Shown: piece after piece, positions 37,597-50,734 of the stretch
How the letters are laid out: each line of letters opens with the position of its first letter
How positions within the stretch are numbered: the stretch's first letter is position 1
NCBI GenBank assembly: GCA_028534125.1
Contig: CM052817.1
Location: 69,752,001 to 69,816,000 of the forward strand
Reading direction: 5' to 3'
Length of the DNA: 64,000 bases
Source of the DNA: Lama glama
Lineage: Eukaryota
Translations under genes and position numbers: made by a program
Notes under the pieces: generated by a model
Seen by the model: the letters and a program-made list of their open reading frames with translations, nothing else
Databases searched by the model: none
Told to the model about the DNA's origin: nothing

Positions 37597-38868
37597 TTGC
37601 TACTTATCTGCTATTGGAGGAAAAGTTTAAAATTTTGTATCAAAGAGACTCAACACCTCAGTGGACTAAAAATAATGAAGTCTGTTTTTCTCTCATTTAA
37701 CAGTCCCATGGTGAATAAGCAGGCTGCTCTGCTCCCCATAGTCATTCAGTGATCTGAGTTCTCTTCTTCTCTTTGATTTACTTCACTTGCCTTTCAGGAC
37801 ATCACACTTAACCTGGTATACCGCCTATCTTTCTTGCTGCTTCTTCTCAGTTTGTGGGTCAGGGGCTAGTTCTCCCTGATCAGCCATACCTCTAAAGGTA
37901 CAGGATTCAGTCCTTGGACCATTTCTTTTTTCTATCACTCAGTCTCTAGGTAATCTCATCTAGTCTTGTGGTATTAGATAGCATCTATGTTGATGACTTC
38001 CAAATGAGTACTGCAAATCTGGATCTCTCTTCTGAACTGCAGACCCATATTTTGCTGGTCACTTAACACCTCAGTGGGTGTCAAATGGGCATCACAGCCT
38101 TGATATCCAAACCTGAGTTATGGATATTGCCCTCCAAACCCTCTTATGGTCTTCCCAATCTAAATTACCAGCAGCTGTATTTTTCAAGTTCCTCAAGCCA
38201 AAAATCTTGACTCCTTTTTTATCTCTATCACACCCCATGCCCAGTCTCTCAGCAAATCCCCTTGGCTCTACCACCAACATATATTCAGAATGCAACAGCT
38301 TCTCCTCTGTTGCTTTATCTATACCACTACTGGGTCTCATTTAGTTTCCTATAATGGCATAATACCTAGCCAAGATTTCAAATCTCCCTTCCCTGCTTTA
38401 TTTTTCACCTTAGCACTTATTTCTAACAAACTATGCATTATACTTATATTTTTATTGTCTATTTGAGCTCAAAGGGAGCAGGGACTTTGGTCTCTTTTGT
38501 TCACTGAGGTATCCCCCACATTTAGAATGCTGTCTGCATGGAGTAGGCTTTCAGTAAATATTAGTTGCAAGAATGAATGACTCTTGTTTCTTCTTGATAG
38601 TCCAGGGTACCTACATGGTTGATACCTGGCCCCTGGAGGGAAGGTGTTTGACTCCCAGAGATGGGCAAGAGCATGGAGGAGTTTACATGTCTGAACCAGG
38701 AAATGGCACATATCACTTCCATTTATATTTAATTTGGGAGACTTCAGATTTATGGTCATAACCAGCTGTAAGGGGGGTTAGAAATGGCACTCCTAGCCTG
38801 CACTCCCCTGCAGGTCTATAATTTAGAAAGGTGGAACAGAATCTAGTGGACAGCTGGCAGTCTCCACC
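37597..38868 (-). mobile_element. Old MLT1 (I/J-like) LTR in two parts (about 37597-37768 and 38581-38868)
   Basis: 'ctcagtggac..tttttctctcat..ctctgctccccatagtcattcag' and 'ggaaatggcacatatcacttcc..gctgtaagggggg..agaaat'. Confidence 0.55.
37770..38580 (+). mobile_element. L2a 3' portion
   Basis: 'gatgacttccaaat..ctctcttctgaactgcagacc' through 'gttcactgaggtatcccc..taaatattagttgcaagaatgaatga' terminus. Confidence 0.8.
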
Positions 38869-40353
38869 TTACCTGTTATTTACACAGCTCATGTTATCCA
38901 GAATGACCACACAATCAAACTGCTCTGGAGTTCCAGAAGCAAATTGGAGGCTGAAGGTAGACCAACCTGTTCAGGGATGTGCAAGTCAAGAGGATGTCAT
39001 AAACTATTGATCTCATGTTTGCTCCTTAAATAATGGGTAAGGCAAATCCCATTTGAAAAACTCTGTGGAGTCTCATCTAGTCTTATTAATTGCTTTATAT
39101 GTAAACTGCCTAGAACACATGGACCGTATTTTGAGACTTTTATTATTTTATTGCTCACTGCAACTTACAAAAGTTTTGCGGAAATAATATTGACAACTAA
39201 GGGTAAAAAGAAATATGGGTGAAAACTCCTGAAATAGTACAATGAAAAATTTGTTACTGAGTTTTCTATTCTTATCACATGATGGGATAAGTATAAATTC
39301 AGATTTACTGCCTTAGGAATAAAGGCTGTCGTCATCTATTGAGCAGAATTCATATATACTATGCATTCCTAGCATATTTTTGTTCTCATTCTGTCTTTTG
39401 AAACACTTATAGTTCATTGCCTCTCCAACTCATTCAGATTCACTCTGGAGCAGTCATAGTCATGATCTGAAATATTTACTTTACCCCAAGAATTTATTAC
39501 TCTTCTGATCTATACATCTGTAGACAATACATTATATATGATCCATCTGCTGGTCTATGAATAATGTTTTTAGGCAATAACTTTTCTAATATTTGATGGT
39601 TGAACTCATAAAAACATAACTTGAAATGAAAGCCCTTTTCTCTACTAATCCATAAGGTTTTCCTGTTCACTGGGGTTGTAGGTTTTAACATGTAACTGTA
39701 TACTCCTTCCATTCACCAAATTTAAAAGAAAATCACTTCTCAAGTGAAATGCAAAACATGTTGCATTACATACTTGCAGTAGACGTCTTATAAGCTACAT
39801 GCTCCTTGGGATTATTGTTAGAATTTCAATCAAAAATAAAGTCACAGACCAGGCTTTGCAAATGTGGGCAGCATAAGCATTTCTTTGAAACATCAGATTT
39901 TGCATCGTGGTATTTTTTGGTTACTCTTTCCTAAGAAAAATACAGGAAAAAAATTTTTTTCAAGCTTAATAGAAGGGTCCGATTAGTAAGTTATTTAAAC
40001 TTCCCTCCTGTTTCCTGAGCTGAGGGGTGGGAGGGAACAGCCTACAAGGAGAGATTCTAGCAGAGCAGTATGTGGAGTGAGCAACAGCCTGCAGACCCAG
40101 CTTTCAGCCGGGAACCTGGCTCTGGCTTCCTGGATGTCTACACACGTGCTCATGGCATTTGAGGTTTGAGAGAGGGTTCAAATCAATGTGAGGTATTTTC
40201 CTGCATGATTGCATACCTTTCTCACAACCTTGATAAAGCACTATCACCGTCATTGAGAAGCTACAAAGTGTGTTATGAAATGTGACCCTGTTTCACTGGC
40301 ATCGCACCCAAGGTCACACTCCTGTCCAGGTTCACTTTCAAGAACCACTGCTG

Positions 40354-40456
40354 GGGGCAGGGGTGGGAGGTGGCAGAGCGCATGCTTAGAATGCACGAGG
40401 TCCTGGGTTCAATCCCTAGTACTTCCATTAAAATAAATATATAAAAATTTTTTAAA
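40354..40456 (+). mobile_element. tRNA-Ala-derived camelid SINE with altered 5' head
   Basis: Perfect 14-bp TSD aagaaccactgctg at 40340-40353 and 40457-40470; body 'gagcgcatgcttagaatgcacgaggtcctgggttcaatccc'. Confidence 0.88.
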
Positions 40457-40559
40457 AAGAACCACTGCTGAGAAGCACCATCATTTAGAAGCACCATCAG
40501 TCAGGTTAGCAGCTGAGGTGCACCCCAATCCATCTTCCCACTGTAGGTCACATACAAAC

Positions 40560-41115
40560 ACACCCCATCCTTAGGATAAAATCATGAATGTTCCACATGG
40601 CCTACAAAGCCCTGAACAGCACGACTCCTGCCTACCTCCACCTTCGCTCATACCCATCTCAGCCTCACACACCACATGGCAACCACCCTGGCTTGCTTTC
40701 AGTTCCCCTAAAGAGCCAAGCTTCCCCCACAGGACCTTTGCTCTTCCTTCAGCCAAGGACATTTTCCATGGCCCCAGCACTCAACTCCTCACAAACACAG
40801 GCACATGGACACACTATGCTAACTCCGGCCTCAGCCTTCAACTCTCAGCTTAATGTCATTTATTCAACACAGGGCCTCCCGCAACCCCCAAATCCAAATT
40901 AGGTTCTCCTATCACAATGGGTCACAAAGTATCCTATACTTCTTTTGTAACACGTATCACTATTGGAAAATATATATTTAATTTGTGACTCGGTTTGACA
41001 GTTTTCCCCTCACTAGACTAACAGCAAATTCCATCAAGGTAGTCAGCTCTCTCACTTCCTCCTGTAGTCCCGGTAACTACAATGTAGCAAACAATACATC
41101 AATATTAATTGAAAG
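40560..41115 (+). mobile_element. L2 3' portion
   Basis: 'cttaggataaaatc..catggcctacaaagccctg..caggacctttgc..tcagcttaatgtca'. Confidence 0.7.
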
Positions 41116-41492
41116 AAAGAACTTTACTTCTACATTGTGTGCCAGGAGAAAAGGTCTCAGTACATTTGGCGAACTATTTTTCAGATTCTAGATCCCTGCC
41201 CTATGATGAGGTTTTAAAAAGGCCAGAATGTGCCTTTTAATTGTCACAGAGCCAGCTCATGCTCAGAGATTGCTATCCAGTCCTGGCCACTCAGCCTTCC
41301 TTCAGAAAAACAACTAGCTCATTTGCTGCATGGTTCTAGCAGGAAAGGCTAAGTACAGGTGGCCACAAAGTCTGTGTGTGTGATAGTCAGAAGCTATTTG
41401 TACACTTCCTTCTGTTCTCTGTGCAGACTGTACGCTTTCCTCTGGACAGCTTCCTCCTCTTGCACAGTTAGAAGGCATTAAAACACACCTGA

Positions 41493-41584
41493 GGGAAGGG
41501 GAAGGTATGGCTTAGTGGCAGAGATCATGCTTAGCATGCTAGAGGTCCTGGGTTCAATCCTTAGTACCTCCATTAAAAAATTTA
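41493..41584 (+). mobile_element. tRNA-Ala-derived camelid SINE
   Basis: TSD aaaacac(a/t)cctga at 41480-41492 and 41585-41597; B box 'ggttcaatcc'. Confidence 0.88.
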
Positions 41585-42774
41585 AAAACACTCCTGATAA
41601 CTGCGTTTACGTCTTCTACTCCTGTTAGGTGGGGTTAAGGAATGTTATCTTTCAAAAAGCCTGAGATCAAATTGTCACATATTGTTCAGCCTGAACACCA
41701 AGGAGACCACATTTGTAGGTGCCAAGTCCAGTCCTCTATCTACGGAGTTCTCTAGCTAGGGGCGCTTAACGTGCATGCCGCTACTTTGTGGCAGGATATC
41801 TGTTGCCTCAAGACCTCCTTCTGCAGCTATGGGAGGAGCCACATCTGAAGCATGTTCAAACTAGCAGTTCTGCTGGCGCCGACCTTGACCACACGCAGCT
41901 CTATCTCATGCTTTTCTGAAATTTCTGTCCATATCATGACATGAGGAGAACGCTGCTCAGTTATAAAGGACAATCTCATAAGAGGAACTCAGTGGCCTTC
42001 TGTGGGCAGTCATCTTTGAAGATAAGCATAGTCCTGGAGCCACTCGTAATAATAACCTCTAGTCCTAGGCAGGCACTGGGTCGTGTGCGCCCCATCCACA
42101 GGAAGCATCTGACCCAGGGCTGTAGCCACACCAGAGACACCCCCCTAGCATCTTCCAAGGCCATGAGCATGACTAGTAGCAGTTAGAAATAAATTATTGT
42201 TAGAAATTCTTGCTCTAAGCCAGCTGACTTTACATTTCTTGGGCCATTTATTTTAAGTATAGTTCCCTTGCAGTTCCTATTAGGCTTTGGCTATACATAA
42301 TTTATGGCTTCTATTTTAAAAGTGCTATCAGAAATCAAAAAGAATGCATACACACCCGCTGTTAATAAATGTCCTCACGGTAACTGCTGTCCTGTGCCAT
42401 GCGATTCTTTTCAGAGGTGACTGAAACAACTGATGCCTTTTTTATGCTGGTTGTTTCTCTCACGTTGAGCCACAGCCGAACGAAACATCAGCTAGCATCA
42501 GAAGAACACGGTACCCCAGGACTTTTAACTCAGGATGAGTCATTTAAGACATAGAGCTCGGCAACACTGTAGCACAGTTGAGGTTTCAATACATTAGCAA
42601 ATGTATGCTGTATAGATTGCACTGGGATAATTTTTCCAACCAACAAATCTCATCTAAATTACTACCATGTAAGTCATTTTTTTTGTATTTATTAGGTCTT
42701 TGACTATATTACATGTATATGTATTTAGTAGTTTCAACACTACAATATGATAATCGCTTTGCTAATGTATGACC

Positions 42775-43075
42775 AATACATTCATTAAGTCGTTCAATAA
42801 ACATCTAATAAATGCCTACTATATGCCAGTCACTACGCCAGGTATTCATCTTACCACAGTGAGTCAATCCCTATCCTTGCCTTCAAGGTATTTTCAGTCT
42901 ACTCCATTTCCATGTTTAAATTCTTCCTTAAGTTCTGGAGGATGGGCAATAGGTCTCACTCATCTCCATATTCTCAGTGTCCTACCGAGTGCCTAGCACA
43001 AAGTAGGTACACAGTAAATGCTTATTAAATAAATTTTAAAAAGAATAAACTAATAAATAAATGAATGAATAAATT
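42775..43075. mobile_element. Two L2 3' termini in opposite orientation
   Basis: 'cattcatt..ttcaataaacat..gcctactatatgccag' (minus) and 'gtgcctagcacaaagtaggtac..aatgaatgaat' (plus). Confidence 0.6.
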
Positions 43076-44980
43076 TGGAAATAGAAACCACTGAACAAAT
43101 ATTTAAAGATCCATGCTGCTTAGATTAGAGACCGCCAGACCAAGAGGTAATATTCGTTTTCCTCTCCCTTCTTTGAGTTTAGAAAACTCAGAGGAGAGAT
43201 AAAGTCTTTGCCACCATTCCTACCATTTGGCTTCCACCCAGTCTCCAGTACCATTTTCTCATGAGCATATTATTTTCCCCTTGCTCTTCCATTCGTTCTA
43301 TATGAAAAAAATCACCTGGAGTAGCACAAGAACCAGAGTGTTTAGTTTCATAAGCAGCCAATAGCTGGGGCTTCCTCCTTCCCCATTTCCCAAAGCAGGT
43401 TCACTGTTAGATTTTAACCTGAGATTCTTCTAATATGTGCACGTCCTTCTGCAAATTTATTAGACCAAGCCTATGATCCAGGGATTCCATAAATTAAGCA
43501 CTTTATAGGAAGTAGAATGTTACACAAAGGTCAGCCAATTCCTCCTGCTCCAAAAATCCCCTATGCAAATGAAATCCATGTGTGACTGGGACAACAGATT
43601 AGTCTGTGGTTCTCTACTGACAATAGCCCAGAGTCACCTTGTCCCATCAAGTCAAGGAAGAATCTAAGTGACCGCTCAGCAGGTTCCTTGAGGACACCAA
43701 GGCACCCAGCATTGAGAATCGTGCCCCAGACACTTCCACAAAGAGACCCAGGAGGAAATCAGACTTCCTCAATTCAAACTGTGGGGAAAGTTCTAAATAA
43801 TGAAAGAGAATGGTGAACATATTATAGTTGCTCTTAATGTAGATCATTAGCCTGGACATCTTTGTTTCTGGGTATGAAACAATCACAATTCATGAATCAT
43901 ACCACTGTCAAGACATAGTAAGTGTGGGGATCAGAAAAACCTTCAAAGGGTTCTTTAGTTTTAAAAAAATTATTCATTGATTTAACCAAAAATTTACCTA
44001 CAAGGTGACAGGCAGCAAATCGGGCAATGAAGGTGAGTGTGGATCAGTTCCTGTCCTGGAAGGGCTCACAATCAGGAAAGGGAATTCTTTCAGCTGTACT
44101 CAGTGCTGTGGAAGAAATTATATAAACAGTTCTCAGGAAAGAGAGGGAAGACCAGCCTCTTGAGCTCGATACAAAGGAGGCTGTGTAGCTCAGTGCTTAA
44201 GAGAACAAGCCCTGGAGACAGACTGCCCTGCCCCATAGCCCACCAGCAAGCCTCACAGGGTTTGAGGATGGAATGAGCTGGTACACATCAGGCATGTGGT
44301 AAACACCCAACAATTGTAGCTCCTCTCCCCAAAGATGCCTGACTTGTTCTACCCACTATTTGAAATGCTATCTTTGCCTCAGGCATAACTCCATTTCCCC
44401 CCTCATTATTGAATATTTATTCTCATCAACTTTTTATTAAAAATCTAAATATATACCATTGATGCTTATTAGCTGCTAAAAGCCGTTTCTAAGACTAATG
44501 AGGTTATTTTCTCCCCCACCCCCTGAAAAAGGTCAGGCTTGAAAGAAGCTATTTCCAAGGGCACAGCCAATTGGAAGTGACCCCAAGGGCAACACCAGGG
44601 AATCTTCAAGTCTCCCAACATCTAGGTAACCAATTTTTTTCAGTACACACAGGTACCCCTGAAGAGCCCCTGAAGAGATGGAGGGATTGCGACTGACAAA
44701 TTTTAAGGCAGGATCACAACCAGTTTCAAAGACCTGTTTAATTCCAAAGCCATCCTTGGGCTACAGTTTGGAGATAGAGGTGGGGACAGATGTATCCCCT
44801 CTTCCTCATTTTCCATAGAAAGAGGGGGAGATTTCTAAATTCCAGCCACAGGAGGAGAGAAAGGACTGGGAACACTTCCTCAAGTAAGGAGGAATGGCGT
44901 CTGATTGGTGACATGGGGAAGGAGGATCAGAATTTATCTTCAGTACCTTTCCCACTGTTTTGGAGGACTTGGTCTTGGGA

Positions 44981-45433
44981 TGTTACAGGTTGCATGGTGT
45001 CCCTCTGAAAAAAAGATATGTTGAAATCCTATCCCCCATTACCTCAGAATGTTACTTTATTTGGAAATAGGTTTTTGCAGAGGTAATCGAGTTAAAATGA
45101 GGTCGTTAGTGTGGTCCCTAATCCAATATGACTGATGTATTTATGAAAAAGGGGAAATTTAGACACAGAGACAAACACACACAGAGGGACTGCCGAGTGA
45201 TGATGAAGGCAAAGATGGGAATTATGCCACCACAAGCCAGGAATATCTGGAGCTAGAGAAACTGGAAGAAGCAAGGAAGGGTCCTTCCCCTACAGGTCTC
45301 AGAGGGAGCATGGCCCAGCCTTTACCTTGATTTCAGGCTCCTGGCCTCCAGAACTGTGAGATAGTAAATTTCTGTTGTTCTCAGCCACCTAGCTTGTGGG
45401 ACTTCATTACAGAAGCCATAGCAAACTAATACA
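44981..45433 (+). mobile_element. MLT1C-like LTR, full length
   Basis: 'tgttacaggttg..aaaagatatgttgaaatccta..acctcagaatg' through 'ggcctccagaactgtgagatagtaaatttctgttgt..aaactaataca'. Confidence 0.9.
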
Positions 45434-45714
45434 CAAGACAAACGCTTCCTCTGTTCACTCTGCTGGCGATGACCTGGCCCTACAAAAAAAGCCTACATGT
45501 CCTCCCCAGGCTGGAGTCAAACCGGGTTAAGTGTTGGCAGGGAGGTGGTGGGTCATATTAACAAACCCATTAGCCAGGCTCCTTCTCTAAACAGCTTTTA
45601 TCTATATCACAGCCATTAGTTTGAGTAATGTCTTATTTCTCAATTTTTTCTTAATTTGAAGTAGGGAGTGAGGCCTGATTTCTGACCTAAACTCCAAACC
45701 TAGGCTGAGGCACA

Positions 45715-45900
45715 CAGTTTACATGTATTAACTCCTTTAACCTTTGTAACAGCCATGTAAGAGTCTGTCTCACTGTTGTGCCCATTTTACAGATGAGAAA
45801 GTTTAGGCAAGAAGAGGTTAAGTAACTACCCAAGGATAATGAGTGCTAAAGACTCAGTTATAGACAGCTTGAGGCCAGAGTCTGTCCTTCCTGCCTCTGA
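45715..45900 (-). mobile_element. MIR
   Basis: 'cccattttacagatgagaaa..gaggttaagtaact..cccaagg'. Confidence 0.75.
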
Positions 45901-46618
45901 AATGGCTACATTCCAAGGAGCAAGTCATTAAATGGTCCCATTAAAAGAGATCCCATGGCCAAATATATATGAAAAGAAACCTGGGCGAGAAAAAGTAAAC
46001 TTTTCTTTAATTTCTCCTGACCTTCTCAGAGCTTTTACAATGCCAATATGCCCTGTGATGCTATCAGGATATGGAGTGCAGCATTTGACCAAAGAGCACT
46101 TTTCAGCGACCATCTCTTGGGACTAATGTGCTGAGGAATACCAGTTTGGGAAACACTGAGAGAGTACTTTGGGTAGGAGATACTCTTTGGTTTGGATACA
46201 GTTCCAGGATTTTTTATAATTTTTGTATGCCAATTAAGATACTCAGAAATCTCTTCATTTAAATTTTATAGACACCTCTTTGGTTTACATACATAAGGCT
46301 GGGCCTTGATATCCAAGGGCAGAAGCTGACACAAATCCAAGCCACTGCAATAAAAAACAGTGCAATTGCTATAACAGAGGTACAGAGCAAGGTCAGCAGA
46401 AGGTAAGGCTCCTTCTCTGGATGGAGGAAGGGATGATCCCATGGAGGAGCTGGGGTTTGAGCAGGCCATGAGGGTTAGGTAGGACTTCAAGCAGTCATTT
46501 GGATTAAGTACGTCAGGCCTGAATTGATTCTGCTCCAGGATGAGGTCAGCAATCCTGGCGACTCTAGAGGTCAGTTATGGTCTGAGAGTTTGTATGGGGC
46601 ATTACTCCTACAGCTAAG

Positions 46619-46808
46619 CAGAGACCTCAAATTGGTAGCCCCTAGGAAAGATGTGAGCAGCAGACCCTTGTTTGGCCAGCACAGTTAGGCTGGTGCATGT
46701 ATGTGTAAGTGCAGGTTTAATTTAATCCATGTACTCTTGATTCCCACTGTCACTCCCATTTCACTCATCTGTCTGGTCCCTGATGGCAGCTGAGCTTCCA
46801 TCTTCTAG
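46619..46808 (+). mobile_element. MER102-like hAT MITE
   Basis: 'ctcaaattggtagccc..ttgtttggccagcacag' and 'tctgtctggtccctgatggcagctgagctt'. Confidence 0.45.
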
Positions 46809-47242
46809 GCTGGTGCAGACACATGCTGCAGCTAAAAGATGTGGTGCTTTCACTCCTCTATCAATATTTCAAAATGATGGGCAGTACCATGGAAAACATC
46901 GGGAGTTAGGTCCCTGATGAGGAATACTTATGAAATACTCCTCTGGAAATGGTTGGCTGATTCTTCCCACAACCTCCATCCAAAATAAATTCCCACTCCA
47001 GGGCAGTGGCATATATTTGTGCACTGAAGCATTTGAGTTCAGTAATTTTTATAATGGATTATATTACATTAAACTTGGTAGCTCTGTCATCCTCTTAAAT
47101 ATGCTGGAAAAGAAGAAGCATAGGATGCCAAATAACTTAAAATATAAACTTAAAAAATCATTAGATAATAATCTGCAGGCCAACTAAGTCATTCTCCTTA
47201 GGGACTTCAAATTTTTGCTTTAATATCTCTTGGGGTTAGTAA

Positions 47243-47314
47243 GGGAGAGTATAGCTCAGTGGTAGAGTGCATGTTTAGCATGCACAAGGTCATGGGTTCG
47301 ATCCCCAGTACCTC
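47243..47314 (+). mobile_element. Tailless tRNA-Ala-derived SINE copy
   Basis: 'gggagagtatagctcagtggtagagtgcatgtttagcatgcacaaggtcatgggttcgatccccagtacctc'; no A tail or TSD seen. Confidence 0.85.
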
Positions 47315-48196
47315 TGAACACCTCTCATAGTTTTGGTTTTTGTTCTGTACTAGTATGGTTGTTTCGTTAATGTTCAGAAAGGTAAACATTGTATGTTTAC
47401 AACATATTGTTATGGTTATAGGCACTTAAGTGCAATAAAATTTATCCCTACCTACAGTACCCTCAGTAGAAGTGTGACCACCAGGACTACTCTATGCCAC
47501 TTCATAATTATGGCCATACAGGGTCTGGATAAAGATACCAAAAGGAAGATTTTACAAGCCTCTTTTCACCTTTTCTTCTCATTAGGGGCAGAGATAGGAA
47601 ATCCTTCTCTTGACTTCCCCAGATTGGATTTAGCCCTCACAGCTTTAAGCTATGCCGCAAACAGAACTGGACTTTTCTTTCCTCTTTGCACAGGCATTTT
47701 CCCATGTGACACTGCAATTCTGAGAGATCACAGGATTCTGCAGAGCAATAACACACAAATGCCCTAACTGCATGCAGGCTTCCTTGCTTCCCCTCTGGGC
47801 ATTCCTCTCCCTGTGGGTCATGGTGAGACCTGGGCAGAGAAGTGTGTCCATCTGCTTAGTCACAGGCTGGTGAGACATTGCTGTCAGTTTGCAGAAATCT
47901 TGTCTATGTCCTCCTCTCTAGGGCAGGGAAATGCATTCGTGCTACTGCACTGAGAGGAGCCATACTTTGACATGTTTATAAGTGAATGCAAAGCGATGTG
48001 TTGGAAACGGGGCAGGGGACAGAAAATTTTGCTTTTCATTATAAACCCGAAACTATTTCATTTGTTAACTAAGTATTCTTACTTTAATTAAAAATTATTT
48101 ATATCCACCCTTGAATATTGGAGCTGTCCCATCCCTTTTCTCCCCTTTGCCAGGAGAGCTTCCTGAAAGAGCTGTCCACACTTCCCGTACAATATA

Positions 48197-48540
48197 TTTT
48201 ATGTATTTATTTTTTTAAATTGAAGATAGTTGATGCACAATATTATATGTTTCAGGTGTATAACGTAGTGATTCAATTTTTAAAGGTTATACTCCATTGA
48301 TAGTTATTATAAAATATTGGCTATCTTCCCCATGTTGTACAATATATCCTTGTAGCTTATTTATTTCATACATAGTAGTTTGTATCTCGCAATCCCCTAC
48401 CCCTATCATATCCCTTCCTTCTCCCCACTGGTCGCCATTAGTTTGTTCTCTATATCTGTGAGTCTGCTTCTTTTTTGTTATATTCACTAGTTTGCTGTAT
48501 TTTTTAGATTCCACATATAAGTGATATCATGCAGTATTTG
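48197..48540 (-). mobile_element. L1 3' end, 5'-truncated (older cetartiodactyl type)
   Basis: 'tttcaggtgtata..gtgattca..ttataaaatattggctat'; degenerate TSD tcccgtacaatata / tcccatactataca. Confidence 0.88.
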
Positions 48541-48548
48541 TCCCATAC

Positions 48549-48552
<4 letters not shown>

Positions 48553-48598
<46 letters not shown>
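48553..48598. repeat. (CA)15(TA)8 compound microsatellite
   Basis: Read directly from sequence. Confidence 0.95.
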
Positions 48599-48599
<1 letters not shown>

Positions 48600-49260
48600 T
48601 TGGGGGGTGGTTATTGAACTATACATGCAATATATTTTGAAAAGTTATAATGTGTACCTGAATTTTATCCAACATATGCAAATAAGCTTTAAATATTCTA
48701 CTAGTGTTAAAAGGCTTTCATGAAAACTGACACTCCCCTTGCCCAGTCTACAATCCTACTCCCCCAACCCCACTCTCAGTGGAAACTTCTTTCAACTTTT
48801 ATGCTGTTTCTACTAGTAATTACTGACATATTTTTATAGTATTGTATTGCTATTTCTCGGTCTATTTTAAACATTTTCTAAACACCTCCTGTTATAAAAG
48901 TTAAAGTATGTCATCACACCCACATACACACACACAACTTCCTTTTCCTTCTTCACCCCCTCCATGTAGACTTATAACTTTTGGCTAAGTCAGCAGACAT
49001 TACTAGGACCAATAAATATTCCCTGTTTAACTCAAGTTGCATGTTATGAATATTTCCTTTTCATATAACATTTTGTTTTTCCTGGAGTTGAAACTGCCTT
49101 TGCTTAGCCTCCCATGAGTTTACCATTTATTTTTTTTCTAAATGGGTCAGTAGACTTGGTGAATCTTTACCAATAATTTTTCCCAAATGTTTGCCCACAT
49201 CAGTTCCATTTTTCATTTGGTGACCTCCCTCCAAAAGCCCTCTATCTTCTTGCTCTAGGC

Positions 49261-49304
49261 AGGAAAGTTTGGTTGCCCTCTAGGAAAGCTTGGTTGCCCT
49301 CTAG
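49261..49304. repeat. 21-bp tandem duplication
   Basis: aggaaag(t/c)ttggttgccctct twice. Confidence 0.9.
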
Positions 49305-49430
49305 ATAAAGCTCTCATCACAATTCTCCTCTGTTGGATCCCCTTGCATTAATCGAGGTGGAATAACCGCCATTATGACCAGATCCCAAATGTATAAAAAG
49401 GCACACTATCAATGTTTATTTCTTGTTCAC

Positions 49431-49590
49431 TGATATGGACTGAATTGTGTCCCCCACTAAATTCATATGTTGGAGCTGTAATCCCAATGTGACTGTATTT
49501 GGAGATAGGGCTTTTAGGAGGTAATTAAGATTAATGAAGTGATAAAGATGGGGCCCTAATCCAACAGGATTGGTGGTCTTATAAGAAGAG
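49431..49590 (+). mobile_element. MLT1A/B 5' fragment
   Basis: 'tgatatggactgaattgtgtcccc..aattcatatgttg..gtgactgtatttggagatagggc'. Confidence 0.8.
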
Positions 49591-50734
49591 TGCAGAAATT
49601 TCTAACTTAGTGTGTACAAAACTGAATTTTTAACTTTTTTCTCTTAAATCTATTCTTCCCCACAGTCTTCCTTATGTCAGTAACTGGCTCCACCCAGAAG
49701 CTAAAGCCAGGCACCTATGAGTCACACTTGTTTCCTTCTTTTCTATCATCTCCTTCTCCTTAAATCTGTTAACAAATCTTATCCCTAATCTGTGAACTCC
49801 TCTCCATCTCCAAGCCATTATCCCGGGTCAACAACCATTGTCTTTTGTCTGTAACAAAAGACAGCAGCCAAGTCAAATAAGATTCTGGCCTCAAATCTGT
49901 GACAATTACTGAGGTCTCCTACATTGGAGCTGCCAACAGCCACAGGGACACATCTTCTGATGATGGGGTGGGGGAAATCCCTCACTCACTCAGACCCTTC
50001 TGCCTTTGTATACCCCAGCTGATACTTCTCCCTCCATCCTCCAAAAAGTAAAATTTTTTCCATTAATTTTTTAAATATTTTAAATCTTTTATTAAAAGAA
50101 TGCTGAGATGATCTTTGAAGCAAGTCATTGTAATAGAAACCATCAAAATGATACAGAAATCAGAAGCAGCAACAATAAAATTTTTCCATTTGGGAAAGGG
50201 AGAAAAACACAACTATGAAAGTATTCCTTTGCTTTTTTCTCTCTGCCACCCAAGTTCTATTTGTACTTGACAAGGCCAAACTAAACTTTTCGCCTTGTTA
50301 GGAACTGCAAGGATTTTTCCTTTTTTTTTTTCTTCTCCCCAGACCACAGCAGTTCTCTTCCAATATAGCTGGTTGACTTTAACTTTTCACCATAATCCCA
50401 CTGGATTTCCTTTGCCATTTTCTCTAGAGAATGTGATTTGAGTACCTATTTCAGTGCCAAAAAGGATATTTTAGTTGGATTTTTTTTTAATCCCTGATTA
50501 CAACTCACTGAAGCTGGGATGCTCCAATATAGAAAATGATTTTTTCTTTCAGACATGTTTTTATTTGGCGGGAGCTATGCATCTGTCTTTCTGTGAAGAC
50601 TTCGAGGAGGGATTCTGAAGGACTAACAAATTGCCTTTTTAAAGGTGGTCTCGACTTGCTTTTCTTTATTGACTGTTTCATTTATTTCCTTAACATTTCT
50701 GCAATTTGGAGTGTTTCTGCTCATGTAAAGGACG

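Noticed and set aside
41752..41766. CTCF-like 'ctagctaggggcgc'
   Set aside because: Mismatches at three key core positions when aligned.
31275..49304. Short direct repeats (24, 21 and 11 bp) as CRISPR-like arrays
   Set aside because: Unrelated two-copy tandem duplications without spacers, in eukaryotic DNA.
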